Part shown: positions 30,282 to 41,173 of the stretch, in pieces
Numbering within the stretch: the first letter of the stretch is position 1
Layout: every line of letters begins with the position of its first letter
DNA from: Spirochaetota bacterium
GTDB taxonomy: Bacteria; Spirochaetota; UBA4802; UBA5550
NCBI GenBank assembly: GCA_963664815.2
Contig: CAXXHB010000003.1
Location: 3,712,001 to 3,776,000, forward strand
Reading direction: 5' to 3'
DNA: 64,000 nucleotides
Notes under the pieces: generated by a model
Databases searched by the model: none
Told to the model about the DNA's origin: nothing
The model's input: the letters and a program-made list of their open reading frames with translations, nothing else
Program-made: the position numbers and the translations under genes

Positions 30282-32450
30282 ATGAACGGAAAGAAAGGTG
30301 TAATTTACAATGATGTAAAAAAGAGTGTAGATGATTTTCTGGAGTATATGGGCAACCAGGACATCTCATTTGCCATGCCACTCGCACTGGGTAAACCAAG
30401 TTTGTTTATAAATGAACTTTACAACAGAGCAAAAAAAGACCATACAATTAAATTAAACATTATGACGGCGTTATCACTGGAACGTCCAAAACCTAAAAGC
30501 GATATGGAAAGAAGATTTCTGGAGCCTCTTCTGGACAGAGTATTTGCAGGTGCTCCGGTTTATGATTATATGACTGACTACAGTTCCAAGAATCTGCCGA
30601 AAAATGTACAGATTTTTGAATTCTACGCTAAAGCCGGCGGGGTAATGAATATACCTGAGGCCCAGAGAAATCACCTCCATTCAAACTATGCACATGTTGT
30701 GCGTGATGCCATCAGTTTTGGCGCCAATGTTTTAGGACAGCTTCTTTCAAGCCGTGAGATAGACGGTAAAATGGTATACTCCATGGGATGCAACACGGAT
30801 ATCGCCGTTCAGGGCATGGCAGAACTGCTCAAATTAAGAGAAAAGGGACAGAAGATTGCGCTGATAGGAGAGGTCAACAACAATCTCCCATTCATGTATG
30901 GGGACGCTATACGCGATTCAGATTCATATGACATGCTTCTTGTCGGACCACAATTTAATTATTCACTTTTCGGACCTCCAAAGGATTCCGTAAACCTCAG
31001 AGACCACGCAATAGGCCTTCATGTAAGCCCGCTCGTAAAAGACGGCGGGACTCTTCAAATCGGGATTGGCGCCCTTGGTGACGCTATATCTTCAAGCCTT
31101 AACATGAGGCAGAATCAGAATGAAGAGTATAATAAAGTGCTTAAAGAAACGGGCATTCTTGATAAATACAAAGGGATTATAGATAAACTCGGCGGAACAG
31201 GAAAGTTTGATCAGGGGCTTTACGGATCTTCAGAGATGTTTGTCGATGCTTTTTTACAACTATACAAGAGCGGGGTACTAAAACGTAAAGTATATGACAA
31301 CGTTGCAATTCAGAAGCTTATAAATGACGGAAAACTTGCAACAAATAAAATCCCATCCAACATCATAGAACTTATGATTGAAGAAGAGGGAATCTACCCC
31401 AGACTGCGACAAAAAGATTTCGATATGCTCACAAATTTCGGTATCCTGAAAAAAGGACTTACTTTCAAAGACGGATATATTTCAGACGGTAGCAAAAAAA
31501 TTTCTGCCGACTTCTACGATGAAAAGAATTTATCAGAAATAAAAGAATTTCTGGGGACTGAGTTGAAAAAAGGTCAGGTTATACTGGGCGCGTTTTTTCT
31601 GGGGCCACGCGCATTTTACAATTCACTCAACGAAATGAGCGAAGAGGAGAGGATGCAGTTTGGAATGTCCGGTGCCGAAAAGGTTAATCAGCTCTATGGA
31701 GATGAAAAGCTCCGCTCACTGCAGAGAAAAGACGGCCGCTTTATAAACACCGGAATGATGGCTCACGTTCTCGGAGCAATTACGTCGGATCAGCTGGAAA
31801 GCGGGCGGATTGTCAGCGGAGTCGGCGGACAGTATAACTTTGTTTCCATGGCCCATGCACTTCCGGACGCGCGATGTATTATGATGATAAAAAGCACAAG
31901 GGGTTCCGGTAAAAATGTCAAATCAAATATTGTATACAACTACGGACATACTACAATTCCAAGGCATCTCCGTGATATAGTTGTTACCGAATATGGTATC
32001 GCCGACGTAAGGGGATTACAGGATGAGAAAATCATTGAGGAAATTCTGAAAATTACCGACTCCCGTTTTCAGGACGATCTTATCGCCAAAGCCAAACTCA
32101 ACGGAAAACTCTCTGAGAGTTTTGTACTTGCCGAAGAGTACAGGCATAATACCCCTGAAAAACTTGAAGCTATGCTTAAACCATTTCAGGCAAAAGGATA
32201 TTTTTCAGCATTCCCCTTCGGAACAGACTTTACCATGGAAGAGATGATCATAGGGGCCTCACTTAAAAGCCTTACGGCAAAAAGTAAAGGTGCAATTGTC
32301 AAAGGTATTCTCTCCGAGATGTTTAAATCAATACCGGCTAAAGCCGAACCTTTTCTGAAAAGGATGCAGCTTGATAAACCGGCAAATCGTAAAGAAAAAA
32401 TCATGCGCAAAGTTCTTCTATCTGCAATGAGAGCAAACAAAATGATATAG
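30282..32450 (+). CDS. long-form acetyl-CoA hydrolase/CoA-transferase family protein, paralogue 1
   Basis: PLALGKP, DGGTLQIGIGALGDA, GSSEMFVD, SGVGGQYNFV, TIPRHLRDIVVTEYG, PFGTDFT. Confidence 0.88.
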   Translation: MNGKKGVIYNDVKKSVDDFLEYMGNQDISFAMPLALGKPSLFINELYNRAKKDHTIKLNIMTALSLERPKPKSDMERRFLEPLLDRVFAGAPVYDYMTDYSSKNLPKNVQIFEFYAKAGGVMNIPEAQRNHLHSNYAHVVRDAISFGANVLGQLLSSREIDGKMVYSMGCNTDIAVQGMAELLKLREKGQKIALIGEVNNNLPFMYGDAIRDSDSYDMLLVGPQFNYSLFGPPKDSVNLRDHAIGLHVSPLVKDGGTLQIGIGALGDAISSSLNMRQNQNEEYNKVLKETGILDKYKGIIDKLGGTGKFDQGLYGSSEMFVDAFLQLYKSGVLKRKVYDNVAIQKLINDGKLATNKIPSNIIELMIEEEGIYPRLRQKDFDMLTNFGILKKGLTFKDGYISDGSKKISADFYDEKNLSEIKEFLGTELKKGQVILGAFFLGPRAFYNSLNEMSEEERMQFGMSGAEKVNQLYGDEKLRSLQRKDGRFINTGMMAHVLGAITSDQLESGRIVSGVGGQYNFVSMAHALPDARCIMMIKSTRGSGKNVKSNIVYNYGHTTIPRHLRDIVVTEYGIADVRGLQDEKIIEEILKITDSRFQDDLIAKAKLNGKLSESFVLAEEYRHNTPEKLEAMLKPFQAKGYFSAFPFGTDFTMEEMIIGASLKSLTAKSKGAIVKGILSEMFKSIPAKAEPFLKRMQLDKPANRKEKIMRKVLLSAMRANKMI

Positions 32451-32452
32451 CC

Positions 32453-32496
32453 TAAATACCCCGGTCCCTTAAAGGAACCGGGGTATTTATTTTTTT
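32453..32496 (+). terminator. intrinsic terminator after paralogue 1
   Basis: TAAATACCCCGGT/ACCGGGGTATTTA stem followed by a T-run. Confidence 0.85.
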
Positions 32497-32951
32497 ACTG
32501 CTTTTTACTCAAATTTGTCGCCGCTCTTTATAAATACATTTCATCTATAATATTAATGAATATTAATGTTTGCCACAGTCTCTCCGACTGCTTCTTCCAA
32601 TGGAAGAATATTCAGATTAATATGTTTTTAAATTAACTTATATTATATAATTTTTATGTTCATTTATATTATTATTTGTCATATTTATAATTATAAATAT
32701 TATATATTATACGATTTTTATCATTTTTTCTAATTTTATCACATATTTATATATTTATTTTTTGACATTTAATAAGATTCATGAAACTGTTGGTTCATAT
32801 TATTTTTTTCAGTTCTAATAGTATAATCAAAATTAACTATAAATAATCCAGTCCAGGGCATTTAATATGTTTCAGAAACTCTATTGTTTTACTGAACAAT
32901 TAGGTATCCTGCCTGTTTGAGATTGTTATAAAAAATAAACATACGGAGTCA

Positions 32952-35120
32952 ATGATGAACGGAAAGAAAGGTGTAATTTACAATGATGTAAAGAAGAGTG
33001 TTGATTATTTTCTCGAGTATATGGGTAACGACATTTCATTTGCCATGCCGCTTGCCCTTGGCAAACCAAGTATATTTATAAACGAGCTTTACAGCAGGGC
33101 AAAAAAAGATCATACTATCAGACTGAACATTGTAACCGCGCTGGCTCTTGAACTTCCAAAGGGTAAAAGTGACATGGAAAAAAGATTTCTTGGCCCCCTT
33201 GTGGACAGAGTCTTTGAAGGAACCCCCGAATTCCTGTATATGAAAGACTTTCGTTCAGGTAATCTTCCCAAAAATGTAGAAATATATGAATTTTTTAATA
33301 AAGCCGGCGGGTATATGAATGCTCCTGAAGCCCAGAGAAACCATCTTCATTCGAACTATGCACATGTAGTTCGCGACGCTATGGATTTTGGAGTTAATGC
33401 TTTCGGACAGATGCTTTCATGCAGAGAAATAGATGGTAAAATGATGTATTCCATGGGATGCAACACCGATATAGCGATAGAAGCATTAAGAGAGCTGAAC
33501 AAACTCAGAGATAAAGGGAAAAAAATTTTACTGCTTGGTGAAGTTAATCCCTATCTGCCGTTTATGTACGGCGATGCAGTGCATAAAGCAGAATCTTACG
33601 ATATGCTGCTTGAGGGCCCGGAATTTAATTACCCGCTGTTTGGCCCCCCAAAAGACTCGGTAAATATAAGAGACCATGCTATTGGGCTCCATGTCAGTCC
33701 GCTTATTAAAGATGGCGGGACTCTCCAGGTTGGAATCGGTGCCCTCGGTGATGCAATCTCTTCAAGCCTCAAAATGAGACAGAATGAAAACGAGGAATAC
33801 AATATTGTATTAAAAGAAACCGGAATTATGGACAAATACAGGGATTTAATTAATGAAATAGGGGGAACTGATAAATTTGACAGGGGGCTTTACGGATCAT
33901 CAGAGATGTTTGTCGACGCCTTTATGCAACTCTATAAATGCGGTATACTTAAGCGCAAGGTATACGACAACATCACAATCCAGAAACTGATAAACGAAGG
34001 TAAACTCTCCGACGACAGGATCCCGGAAAACATTATTCAGCTTCTGATCGAAGAGGAGAGCATACAGCCGAAATTAAGGGAAAAAGATTTCAGAATGCTG
34101 ACAGAGTTTGGGATACTGAAAGCGGGACTTACCTTTAAAGATGGCTGTATCTCCGATGGGACCATGAAAATTTCCGCAGACTTCTCCGGCGGTATAAACG
34201 TGAATGACCTGAAATCATTCATCGGGAAAGAATTAAAACAGGGTAAAGTTATAACCGGAGCATTTTTTCTGGGCCCACGCGCTTTTTATAACGCGCTCAA
34301 CACTATGAGTGAAGAAGAGAGAATGCAGTTCGGCATGTCAGGTGTCGAGGTAGTTAACCAGCTTTACGGCGATGAAAAGCTGCGCAGCCTGCAGAGAAAA
34401 GACGGTCGTTTTGTAAACACAGGCATGATGGCACATGTTCTCGGCTCCATTACTTCTGACCAGCTTGAGGACGGGCGTATCGTAAGCGGTATCGGAGGAC
34501 AGTATAATTTTGTATCAATGGCGCACGCTCTTCCTGACGGGCGGCTTATTATGATGATACGAAGCACAAGAGGCACGGGTGAAAATGTTAAATCGAACAT
34601 AGTTTATAATTACGGCCATATAACAATTCCGCGGCATCTCAGAGACATTATAGTCACAGAATACGGTATAGCAAACATCAGAGGTCTGCAGGATTCAAAA
34701 ATAATCGAGGAAATGCTCAAAATCACTGATTCCCGTTTTCAGGATGAATTAATAAGAAAAGCAAAGGCAGAGGGAAAACTCGCTCCTGATTTTGAGCTTG
34801 CCGACGAGTACAGGCATAACACGCCAGAAAAACTTGAAGCTATGCTGAAACCATTCCAGTCCAGGGGACTTTTCGCGACGTTCCCGTTCGGAACAGATTT
34901 TACGGCGGAAGAAGTTCTCATAGGAGCTTCATTAAAAAAACTTACGACAAAAAAGAAATCTGAAATACTTAAAAGTCTTGTTGCAGAGATGTTCAGGCCC
35001 GTTCCTCAGAAAGCAGAACCGTTCCTGAAAAGAATGAGTCTTGATAATCCTGTTAATCGTAAGGAAAAAATCATGAGGAAGGTTCTTCTTTCCGCAATGA
35101 GAACAAACGGAGCTATTTAA
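32952..35120 (+). CDS. long-form acetyl-CoA hydrolase/CoA-transferase family protein, paralogue 2
   Basis: Same motifs as 30282-32450 and visibly colinear with it over the full length. Confidence 0.88.
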   Translation: MMNGKKGVIYNDVKKSVDYFLEYMGNDISFAMPLALGKPSIFINELYSRAKKDHTIRLNIVTALALELPKGKSDMEKRFLGPLVDRVFEGTPEFLYMKDFRSGNLPKNVEIYEFFNKAGGYMNAPEAQRNHLHSNYAHVVRDAMDFGVNAFGQMLSCREIDGKMMYSMGCNTDIAIEALRELNKLRDKGKKILLLGEVNPYLPFMYGDAVHKAESYDMLLEGPEFNYPLFGPPKDSVNIRDHAIGLHVSPLIKDGGTLQVGIGALGDAISSSLKMRQNENEEYNIVLKETGIMDKYRDLINEIGGTDKFDRGLYGSSEMFVDAFMQLYKCGILKRKVYDNITIQKLINEGKLSDDRIPENIIQLLIEEESIQPKLREKDFRMLTEFGILKAGLTFKDGCISDGTMKISADFSGGINVNDLKSFIGKELKQGKVITGAFFLGPRAFYNALNTMSEEERMQFGMSGVEVVNQLYGDEKLRSLQRKDGRFVNTGMMAHVLGSITSDQLEDGRIVSGIGGQYNFVSMAHALPDGRLIMMIRSTRGTGENVKSNIVYNYGHITIPRHLRDIIVTEYGIANIRGLQDSKIIEEMLKITDSRFQDELIRKAKAEGKLAPDFELADEYRHNTPEKLEAMLKPFQSRGLFATFPFGTDFTAEEVLIGASLKKLTTKKKSEILKSLVAEMFRPVPQKAEPFLKRMSLDNPVNRKEKIMRKVLLSAMRTNGAI

Positions 35121-35330
35121 TAAAAGCAAATCATACTTGCCGTGATTGATCTAAAACTGTTTTGCGGGATACAGGCCTGGCATTACCAGACTCCTGAATC
35201 CCACAAAACGGCAACAATCGAAAGACTATTCACACTCTGGTAAACCCGGATGGATATCTACAGCAATGGCAGCCTGCGAAAAAACACACCGTTTTTCTGC
35301 CACGGAAGACAACCGGGGAATGTTCCATGC

Positions 35331-36737
35331 TTAATCCTTCTTCCTCAGAAGAAATCCCTTCTTCTGTATATAATCATATCGTACGTTTGTTCCGGGCTGA
35401 TAAACCATCGCCATTATGGAATCCTGCCCCTCTTTTATTGAAGAATACTCTGCAAAGTCGAGAGTTCTAATTACCGCTTCAAAAACTCTCAGAGCTCCGG
35501 AATGATCACAAAGCACAAATCTTTTGCCTAGATTTAATTTCATCAGATCGGCATATGAGTGAGCGATTCTCCAGTCCGCCTCAATAAGGGTTTCCCCTTC
35601 CGGGAAATGATAAAACCTGTTTTTAAAAAGCTCTTTTGCAGTTTTTTTCTTCTCATCATCGGTTCCGGACATTGAAACGCCATAAACTTCAAGCATCTTT
35701 TTATATACATCATTCTTCAGCTTGCTGGTGAGGGCGCCGTACTTCTGGGAATTTAATCCATAGAGCGGCGTAAAGGTTATATCCCTGAAGCCGGCCTCTT
35801 CAAGAAAACATTTTGCCGTCTCTTCAGTATTTTCACTCTCACTGCCGAATATCTGGACCGGGTTTGCAGCTGATGGCTTCCATAACGGATAACCTTCTTT
35901 CTCAAGCCTGTCAACCATTACCTTGAAATCCTTTCCTAGTTCTCTTGCAGTATCAATTCCCTTTTCCTTGAGCTTGTTCCCTATTGAGCCGCTGATGCGT
36001 TTGTTGTTCTTCCAGGTATCCCATACTCCGGAACCGACAAACTCCGGATTATCACCACCTGACTCATGTATTGATTTTCCATGGCGTATTGTTATCATCT
36101 GCGCCTGATTCAGAGGGACATATGCATCCGGATAGATTGGAATCCCCTTGCCGTTATCAAGCCAGACAATACCCTCTTTTAACATCAATCCGCTGCCATC
36201 ATCAAGCGCACGGCCGGTTTTACGCATTTTTCCTCCGGGATTAATCTGCATGTCCTCAATAGCAAGTACAAGTTTGGTCCGGTAACGGGTATGCCTTGCT
36301 CCGAAAGCCGGTATATTTTTCGGAACAAGTATATCACTGATCCTTCCAAGTGAAAATTTCTGATGAAGAAGGCGTTTGAAACTGTCATTTTTAATAAGTC
36401 CATTCCATGCAAGATAGAAGAGATGAGGATCGGCATTGGGGACATTGCTTTGCAGAAACTCAAATTTACTCTTTATATAATCCTGAGGAGTAATATCATT
36501 CTCAAGTGCAAGGATGAAAAAATAGATGTTTTTACCAATGACATTGAGGTTATTTATAAAATTGATATTAACATCGTCCGGCGAAATAGAAATTCTGTCA
36601 TTATATACTCCCTGCAGAAATTTAATATCATTTTTAATATTCTCCTCGCGGTAGGAGTTGTGAAACTCGGCATGTTCACGGCTGAGACCGGTTTCAGACA
36701 TTGTTTCATTTCCCTGTATAACTGATCTATCTGACAT
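35331..36737 (-). CDS. histidine phosphatase superfamily protein with uncharacterised N-terminal region
   Basis: ITIRHGKS (RHG) near residue 218; GETLIEADWRI and VLCDHSGALR (second His) near the C terminus. Confidence 0.7.
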   Translation of the reverse strand: MSDRSVIQGNETMSETGLSREHAEFHNSYREENIKNDIKFLQGVYNDRISISPDDVNINFINNLNVIGKNIYFFILALENDITPQDYIKSKFEFLQSNVPNADPHLFYLAWNGLIKNDSFKRLLHQKFSLGRISDILVPKNIPAFGARHTRYRTKLVLAIEDMQINPGGKMRKTGRALDDGSGLMLKEGIVWLDNGKGIPIYPDAYVPLNQAQMITIRHGKSIHESGGDNPEFVGSGVWDTWKNNKRISGSIGNKLKEKGIDTARELGKDFKVMVDRLEKEGYPLWKPSAANPVQIFGSESENTEETAKCFLEEAGFRDITFTPLYGLNSQKYGALTSKLKNDVYKKMLEVYGVSMSGTDDEKKKTAKELFKNRFYHFPEGETLIEADWRIAHSYADLMKLNLGKRFVLCDHSGALRVFEAVIRTLDFAEYSSIKEGQDSIMAMVYQPGTNVRYDYIQKKGFLLRKKD

Positions 36738-36996
36738 ATTAATTTCCCCCTTCCAGATTTTTATTTATAACATTTTATATTAATTACTAAATTCTTAAAA
36801 TAAAAATAGCAATAAATTTGCGGCAGATCAATTTTTTAAATAAATTTAAATAATAATCAGAAAATTCAATTTTTTATAATAAAAAAATCACATAAATATT
36901 GCCTTTCTTCTTTTTTTTAATTAGCATTTATACAAATGCAGATAATAAATCTCTGCCATTACTCTACCTATAATAACTTCAGGAGGATTTAAAATT

Positions 36997-37332
36997 ATGT
37001 CAAATGTCATTTCTCTATTAATTATCATTGCGATGTTTGCAGGGATGTGGAAAGTTTTTGAAAAAGCCGGGAAACCTGGATGGGCCGCAATAATTCCAAT
37101 TTACAACATCATTATACTTCTTCAGGTAGCTGGCAAACCCATATGGTGGCTTGTTCTCCTACTTATACCATTAGTTAACCTTGTAATATTGATTATTGTC
37201 TCAATGGAACTTGCCGTATGTTTTGGCAAAGGTAAAGGATGGGGAATTCTGCTTCTCTTCCTGTTTGGTTTCATAGGCTATCCTCTCCTTGGATTTGGCG
37301 ACGCTACATACAAGGTACCTGCAGCAGCATAA
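36997..37332 (+). CDS. DUF5684-type small membrane protein
   Basis: WKVFEKAGKPGWAAIIPIYN and FGKGKG motifs; RBS AGGAGG. Confidence 0.85.
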   Translation: MSNVISLLIIIAMFAGMWKVFEKAGKPGWAAIIPIYNIIILLQVAGKPIWWLVLLLIPLVNLVILIIVSMELAVCFGKGKGWGILLLFLFGFIGYPLLGFGDATYKVPAAA

Positions 37333-37375
37333 TTTATAGTGCAGATTCGTATCGATTTTTTATCAAACTATACTA

Positions 37376-37413
37376 ATAAAAAAGCTTTGCCCTTTCATGC
37401 AGGGCTTTTTTAT
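37376..37413 (+). terminator. probable intrinsic terminator
   Basis: A-run, GCCCT/AGGGC stem, T-run after the DUF5684 gene. Confidence 0.55.
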
Positions 37414-37532
37414 TCTCATAATAAAATATTTATAAACTCCAATGTCGGATAAATAAATTAAGTTGACTTTTATTTTAAATATGATTAAGTAATTTAAATT
37501 ATTTTTAATATACTATTAAAAAGGAGACCTAA

Positions 37533-38165
37533 ATGATCAATCGTCCAGAGTTGAAGCAGTTGTCAAAAACCCAATTAAGCGGGAAATGGGGCAGTGGAGT
37601 GTTGCTTACTTTCATTTATTTCCTGGTGTTTGGTGCTGCTAATGCAATTGGTATTATACCAGTAGTCGGATTTTTTTTATCTTTTTGTATTACCGCCCCT
37701 GTTGGTATCGGTTTACTTATCGCCTATATTAACCTAATTAAAAGTGGCAATAAACTTGATCCGGGTGATCTATTTAAAGGATTCAATTTCTTCTGGAAAT
37801 CACTTGGTGTAACGCTATGGTTATATCTTTGGATATTTCTATGGATGTTATTATTAATAATTCCGGGAATAATTAAAGCATTCGCCTACTCCCAGACTCT
37901 TTTCATTATTGCCAACAATCCTGATGTTAAAGCAACAGAGGCTCTTAAAATAAGCATGAAAATGACAAATGGTTATAAAATGGATATTTTCGTTCTGTTC
38001 TTAAGCTTTATCGGATGGATGTTGCTCTGCTGTCTAACCCTTGGAATAGGTTTATTATGGCTCACTCCTTATATGAATGCTACATATACTAACCTGTTCT
38101 TTAAACTGAAAGATGCCGCTATACAGAATGGCGTTTGCACAGAAAATGAATTTAATGGAATTTAA
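37533..38165 (+). CDS. DUF975 family membrane protein
   Basis: RPELKQLSK..LSGKWG, LLIIPGIIKAFAYSQ, SMKMTNGYKMDIF, LWLTPY. Confidence 0.88.
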   Translation: MINRPELKQLSKTQLSGKWGSGVLLTFIYFLVFGAANAIGIIPVVGFFLSFCITAPVGIGLLIAYINLIKSGNKLDPGDLFKGFNFFWKSLGVTLWLYLWIFLWMLLLIIPGIIKAFAYSQTLFIIANNPDVKATEALKISMKMTNGYKMDIFVLFLSFIGWMLLCCLTLGIGLLWLTPYMNATYTNLFFKLKDAAIQNGVCTENEFNGI

Positions 38166-38259
38166 TTGAATACTTAGTAATTTATTTTAATCTGTCATAA
38201 CCGGGGAACAGTTTCTTCATTATGGCAGATTATTATGCCTCTTATAAAATTATGTAACT

Positions 38260-39456
38260 CTATTCCACCCTGTTCCGCCCGCCTCTTTTAGCTTTATACA
38301 GGTTTTTATCTGCCCGTTTAATTATATCCTCATCCCAGTCTTCTTTTTCTATTTCTGCAACTCCCATACTGACTGTTTTTATGCCAATATCTTTAAAATG
38401 ATGTTTCTCGATTTTTTTTCTCAGTTTTTCTGCGAGTTTTCTTGCGCCATCCGCTGTAGTTTCAGGGCATACAATAAGAAATTCCTCACCGCCCCAGCGT
38501 CCCACTGTATCTACTTCACGTACATGCTCTTTCAACAGGGAAGCCAGTCCGGAAAGAACCATGTCACCTACATTATGGCCAAAAGTATCATTTATTGTTT
38601 TAAAATGATCAATATCCGCCAATATAACCGAGAGAGGATGCTTATATCGTCTTGACCTGAGTACTTCAATAGTGAGGATCTGTTCTATCTTTGACCTGTT
38701 ATAAACGCTTGTAAGGCCATCAGTATTGGCAAGTCTGCGGAGTTCTTTAAGCATAAACTCCTTCTCTTCTGCATATTGCTGCACATCAAGAAACAGCCTT
38801 TTATTAATCATAAGAACCAGCGAGAATGTCAACATTATCCCGAGCATCTGACTCGACATCATTATTATAGGATCAACCATCCCCTCTGAGAAAAATTCAT
38901 TGCCGGATGGATAATATATAAAAGCCAAAACTATTCTAAAAATATAAAGAATCAGCATTAGTGCACAGATTAATGTTGTACTATGATAAATAGCTGTATT
39001 ATTTTTTTCAGTCGTAAATTTAAGAAGATAAACTGACTGAATCATAATAATTATTATTGATAGCGAAAGAAATACAGCTCTTACTCTGAATTGAGGATTT
39101 ATGATGCCGAAATAATAATAAAAAAAGGAAAATATAACAAGATAAACAGTATTTATAAAATATTCAGCTTTTCTTCCGATAAACCTTTGAAGCCCTATTA
39201 GAAAAAGGATCAACCCGGATACAATTAAAACATTCGCCAGGACCATTGAGAAGAGATCAGGAATGTTTCCCCGGAGCATTATTAAAAATATCCCGATTGT
39301 CTGAAATATATAATCAATTAACCAATGAGAAGTCCCTTTAAATCTTTTTCTGTTCTGAAGCCATACATTAGCCATAACAATAGTAACAAGCACATTGCTT
39401 ACAACATAGCTGAGCATAATGGTCTGCATTTCGAAAATGTGCATATTGAATCGCAT
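38260..39456 (-). CDS. membrane-bound diguanylate cyclase (GGEEF)
   Basis: About 7 N-terminal TM helices; DGLT..NR, DIDHFK..ND.FGH..GD, I-site REVD, RWGGEEF. Confidence 0.93.
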   Translation of the reverse strand: MRFNMHIFEMQTIMLSYVVSNVLVTIVMANVWLQNRKRFKGTSHWLIDYIFQTIGIFLIMLRGNIPDLFSMVLANVLIVSGLILFLIGLQRFIGRKAEYFINTVYLVIFSFFYYYFGIINPQFRVRAVFLSLSIIIIMIQSVYLLKFTTEKNNTAIYHSTTLICALMLILYIFRIVLAFIYYPSGNEFFSEGMVDPIIMMSSQMLGIMLTFSLVLMINKRLFLDVQQYAEEKEFMLKELRRLANTDGLTSVYNRSKIEQILTIEVLRSRRYKHPLSVILADIDHFKTINDTFGHNVGDMVLSGLASLLKEHVREVDTVGRWGGEEFLIVCPETTADGARKLAEKLRKKIEKHHFKDIGIKTVSMGVAEIEKEDWDEDIIKRADKNLYKAKRGGRNRVE

Positions 39457-39668
39457 CGTCCTGGAAGAAGTTAATTTCGCTCAATATAATTATTAATTAC
39501 TGACGGTCAATTATTTATTATTTCAGAATAGATTTTCAATCAGGAACTCTTTTAAGGGTATATTTGATTTTTATTACAAACATGCTACAAAAACGTTCTT
39601 TTTAATGCCATAGCAGCATAAACTGATTATTTGTTAATCCGCATTACAGGTCTGGGCGTGACAGTATT

Positions 39669-41057
39669 TTAAAAATCCAGTGTATCAACACACCTCGGGA
39701 AAGGAATTACATCGCGTATATTCTGCATTCCTGTTACGAACTGAATCAATCTCTCAAAACCGAGTCCAAAACCGGAATGCGGAGCAGAACCATACTTCCT
39801 GAGTTCAAGATACCACCAATAATCCTTTTCATTCAGCCCCATTTCTCTGATTCTCCCCAGAAGCCTGTTATAATCGCTCTCCCTCTCGCTACCGCCGATA
39901 ATCTCCCCAAGACGTGGTACAAGAACATCCATTGCACGTACAGTTGTACCATCCTCGTTGAGCTTCATGTAGAATGCTTTTATATCTTTCGGATAATCTG
40001 TAACTATTACAGGTTTTTTATAAATCTCCTGAGTGAGAAATTTTTCATGTTCACTCTGTAAATCTATTCCCCATCTGACAGGAAATTCAAAATTCTTTCC
40101 CGATTTTTTAAGTTCATCTATTGCATCTGTATATTTTATTCTTTCAAACCTGCTTTCTATTATATGTTCAAGATTTTCTATTATACCCTTCTCTATCATT
40201 GAGTTAAAAAAGTTCATATCCTCTCTGCAGTTATTGAGCACATAACGAAGTATATACTTAATAAAATCTTCAGCAGTATCCATGTTCCCGGTTATATCAC
40301 AGAATGCCATTTCAGGTTCAACCATCCAGAACTCTGCAAGATGTCTTGATGTATTTGATTTTTCTGCCCTGAATGTCGGCCCGAAGGTATAGACATTTTT
40401 AAGCGCAAGGGCATATATCTCCGCCTCAAGTTGACCGCTTACAGTAAGTGATGCCTCTTTACCGAAAAAATCTTTTGCAAAATCTATCCTGCTGCCGGTT
40501 TTCGGAATATTGTTAAGGTCAAAATTTGTAACATGAAACATTTCACCTGCACCTTCACAGTCGCTCCCGGTAATCACAGGTGTATGCACATACACAAACC
40601 CGTTTTCATTGAAATATTTATGTATAGCAAAACTCATGGCATTTCTCACCCGCATAACAGAACCAAAAGTGTTTGTTCTGGGACGAAGATGGGCAATCTC
40701 CCTTAAAAATTCGAATGAATGCCTTTTTTTCTGCAGAGGGTACTCATCAGCCGGTGCATCACCAAGTATTTTTATTTCCACAGGAGAAACTTCCACACTC
40801 TGCTCCTTCCCCTGAGATGCAACAAGTTTGCCTTTTATCGATACACTTGCCCCGTTAACAAGTTTTGGATTGAGATCTTCAAAGCCGGGAAATGTCCGGT
40901 CAAGAACAACCTGTATACTATCCATGGTTGATCCGTCATTTACAGCGATGAAGGAAACATCTTTTGAATCCCTTTTTGTTCTTATCCATCCTTCGACAAC
41001 AATCTCCTGCCCGCTACCCTCAAGTGCAAGAATATGTTTTATAGTTTTCTCTTTCAT
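39669..41057 (-). CDS. asnS: asparagine--tRNA ligase
   Basis: [63 protein letters not shown]. Confidence 0.97.
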   Translation of the reverse strand: MKEKTIKHILALEGSGQEIVVEGWIRTKRDSKDVSFIAVNDGSTMDSIQVVLDRTFPGFEDLNPKLVNGASVSIKGKLVASQGKEQSVEVSPVEIKILGDAPADEYPLQKKRHSFEFLREIAHLRPRTNTFGSVMRVRNAMSFAIHKYFNENGFVYVHTPVITGSDCEGAGEMFHVTNFDLNNIPKTGSRIDFAKDFFGKEASLTVSGQLEAEIYALALKNVYTFGPTFRAEKSNTSRHLAEFWMVEPEMAFCDITGNMDTAEDFIKYILRYVLNNCREDMNFFNSMIEKGIIENLEHIIESRFERIKYTDAIDELKKSGKNFEFPVRWGIDLQSEHEKFLTQEIYKKPVIVTDYPKDIKAFYMKLNEDGTTVRAMDVLVPRLGEIIGGSERESDYNRLLGRIREMGLNEKDYWWYLELRKYGSAPHSGFGLGFERLIQFVTGMQNIRDVIPFPRCVDTLDF

Positions 41058-41173
41058 GACCTTTTCTCTGTTTTTTAAATTTTATATTGTCTTATACATA
41101 TCCCATGACACCAGACACTCTGACGGTACAAGGTTCAGACAGAAAAATCTGCTTAAGTTTATAAAAACATCTT

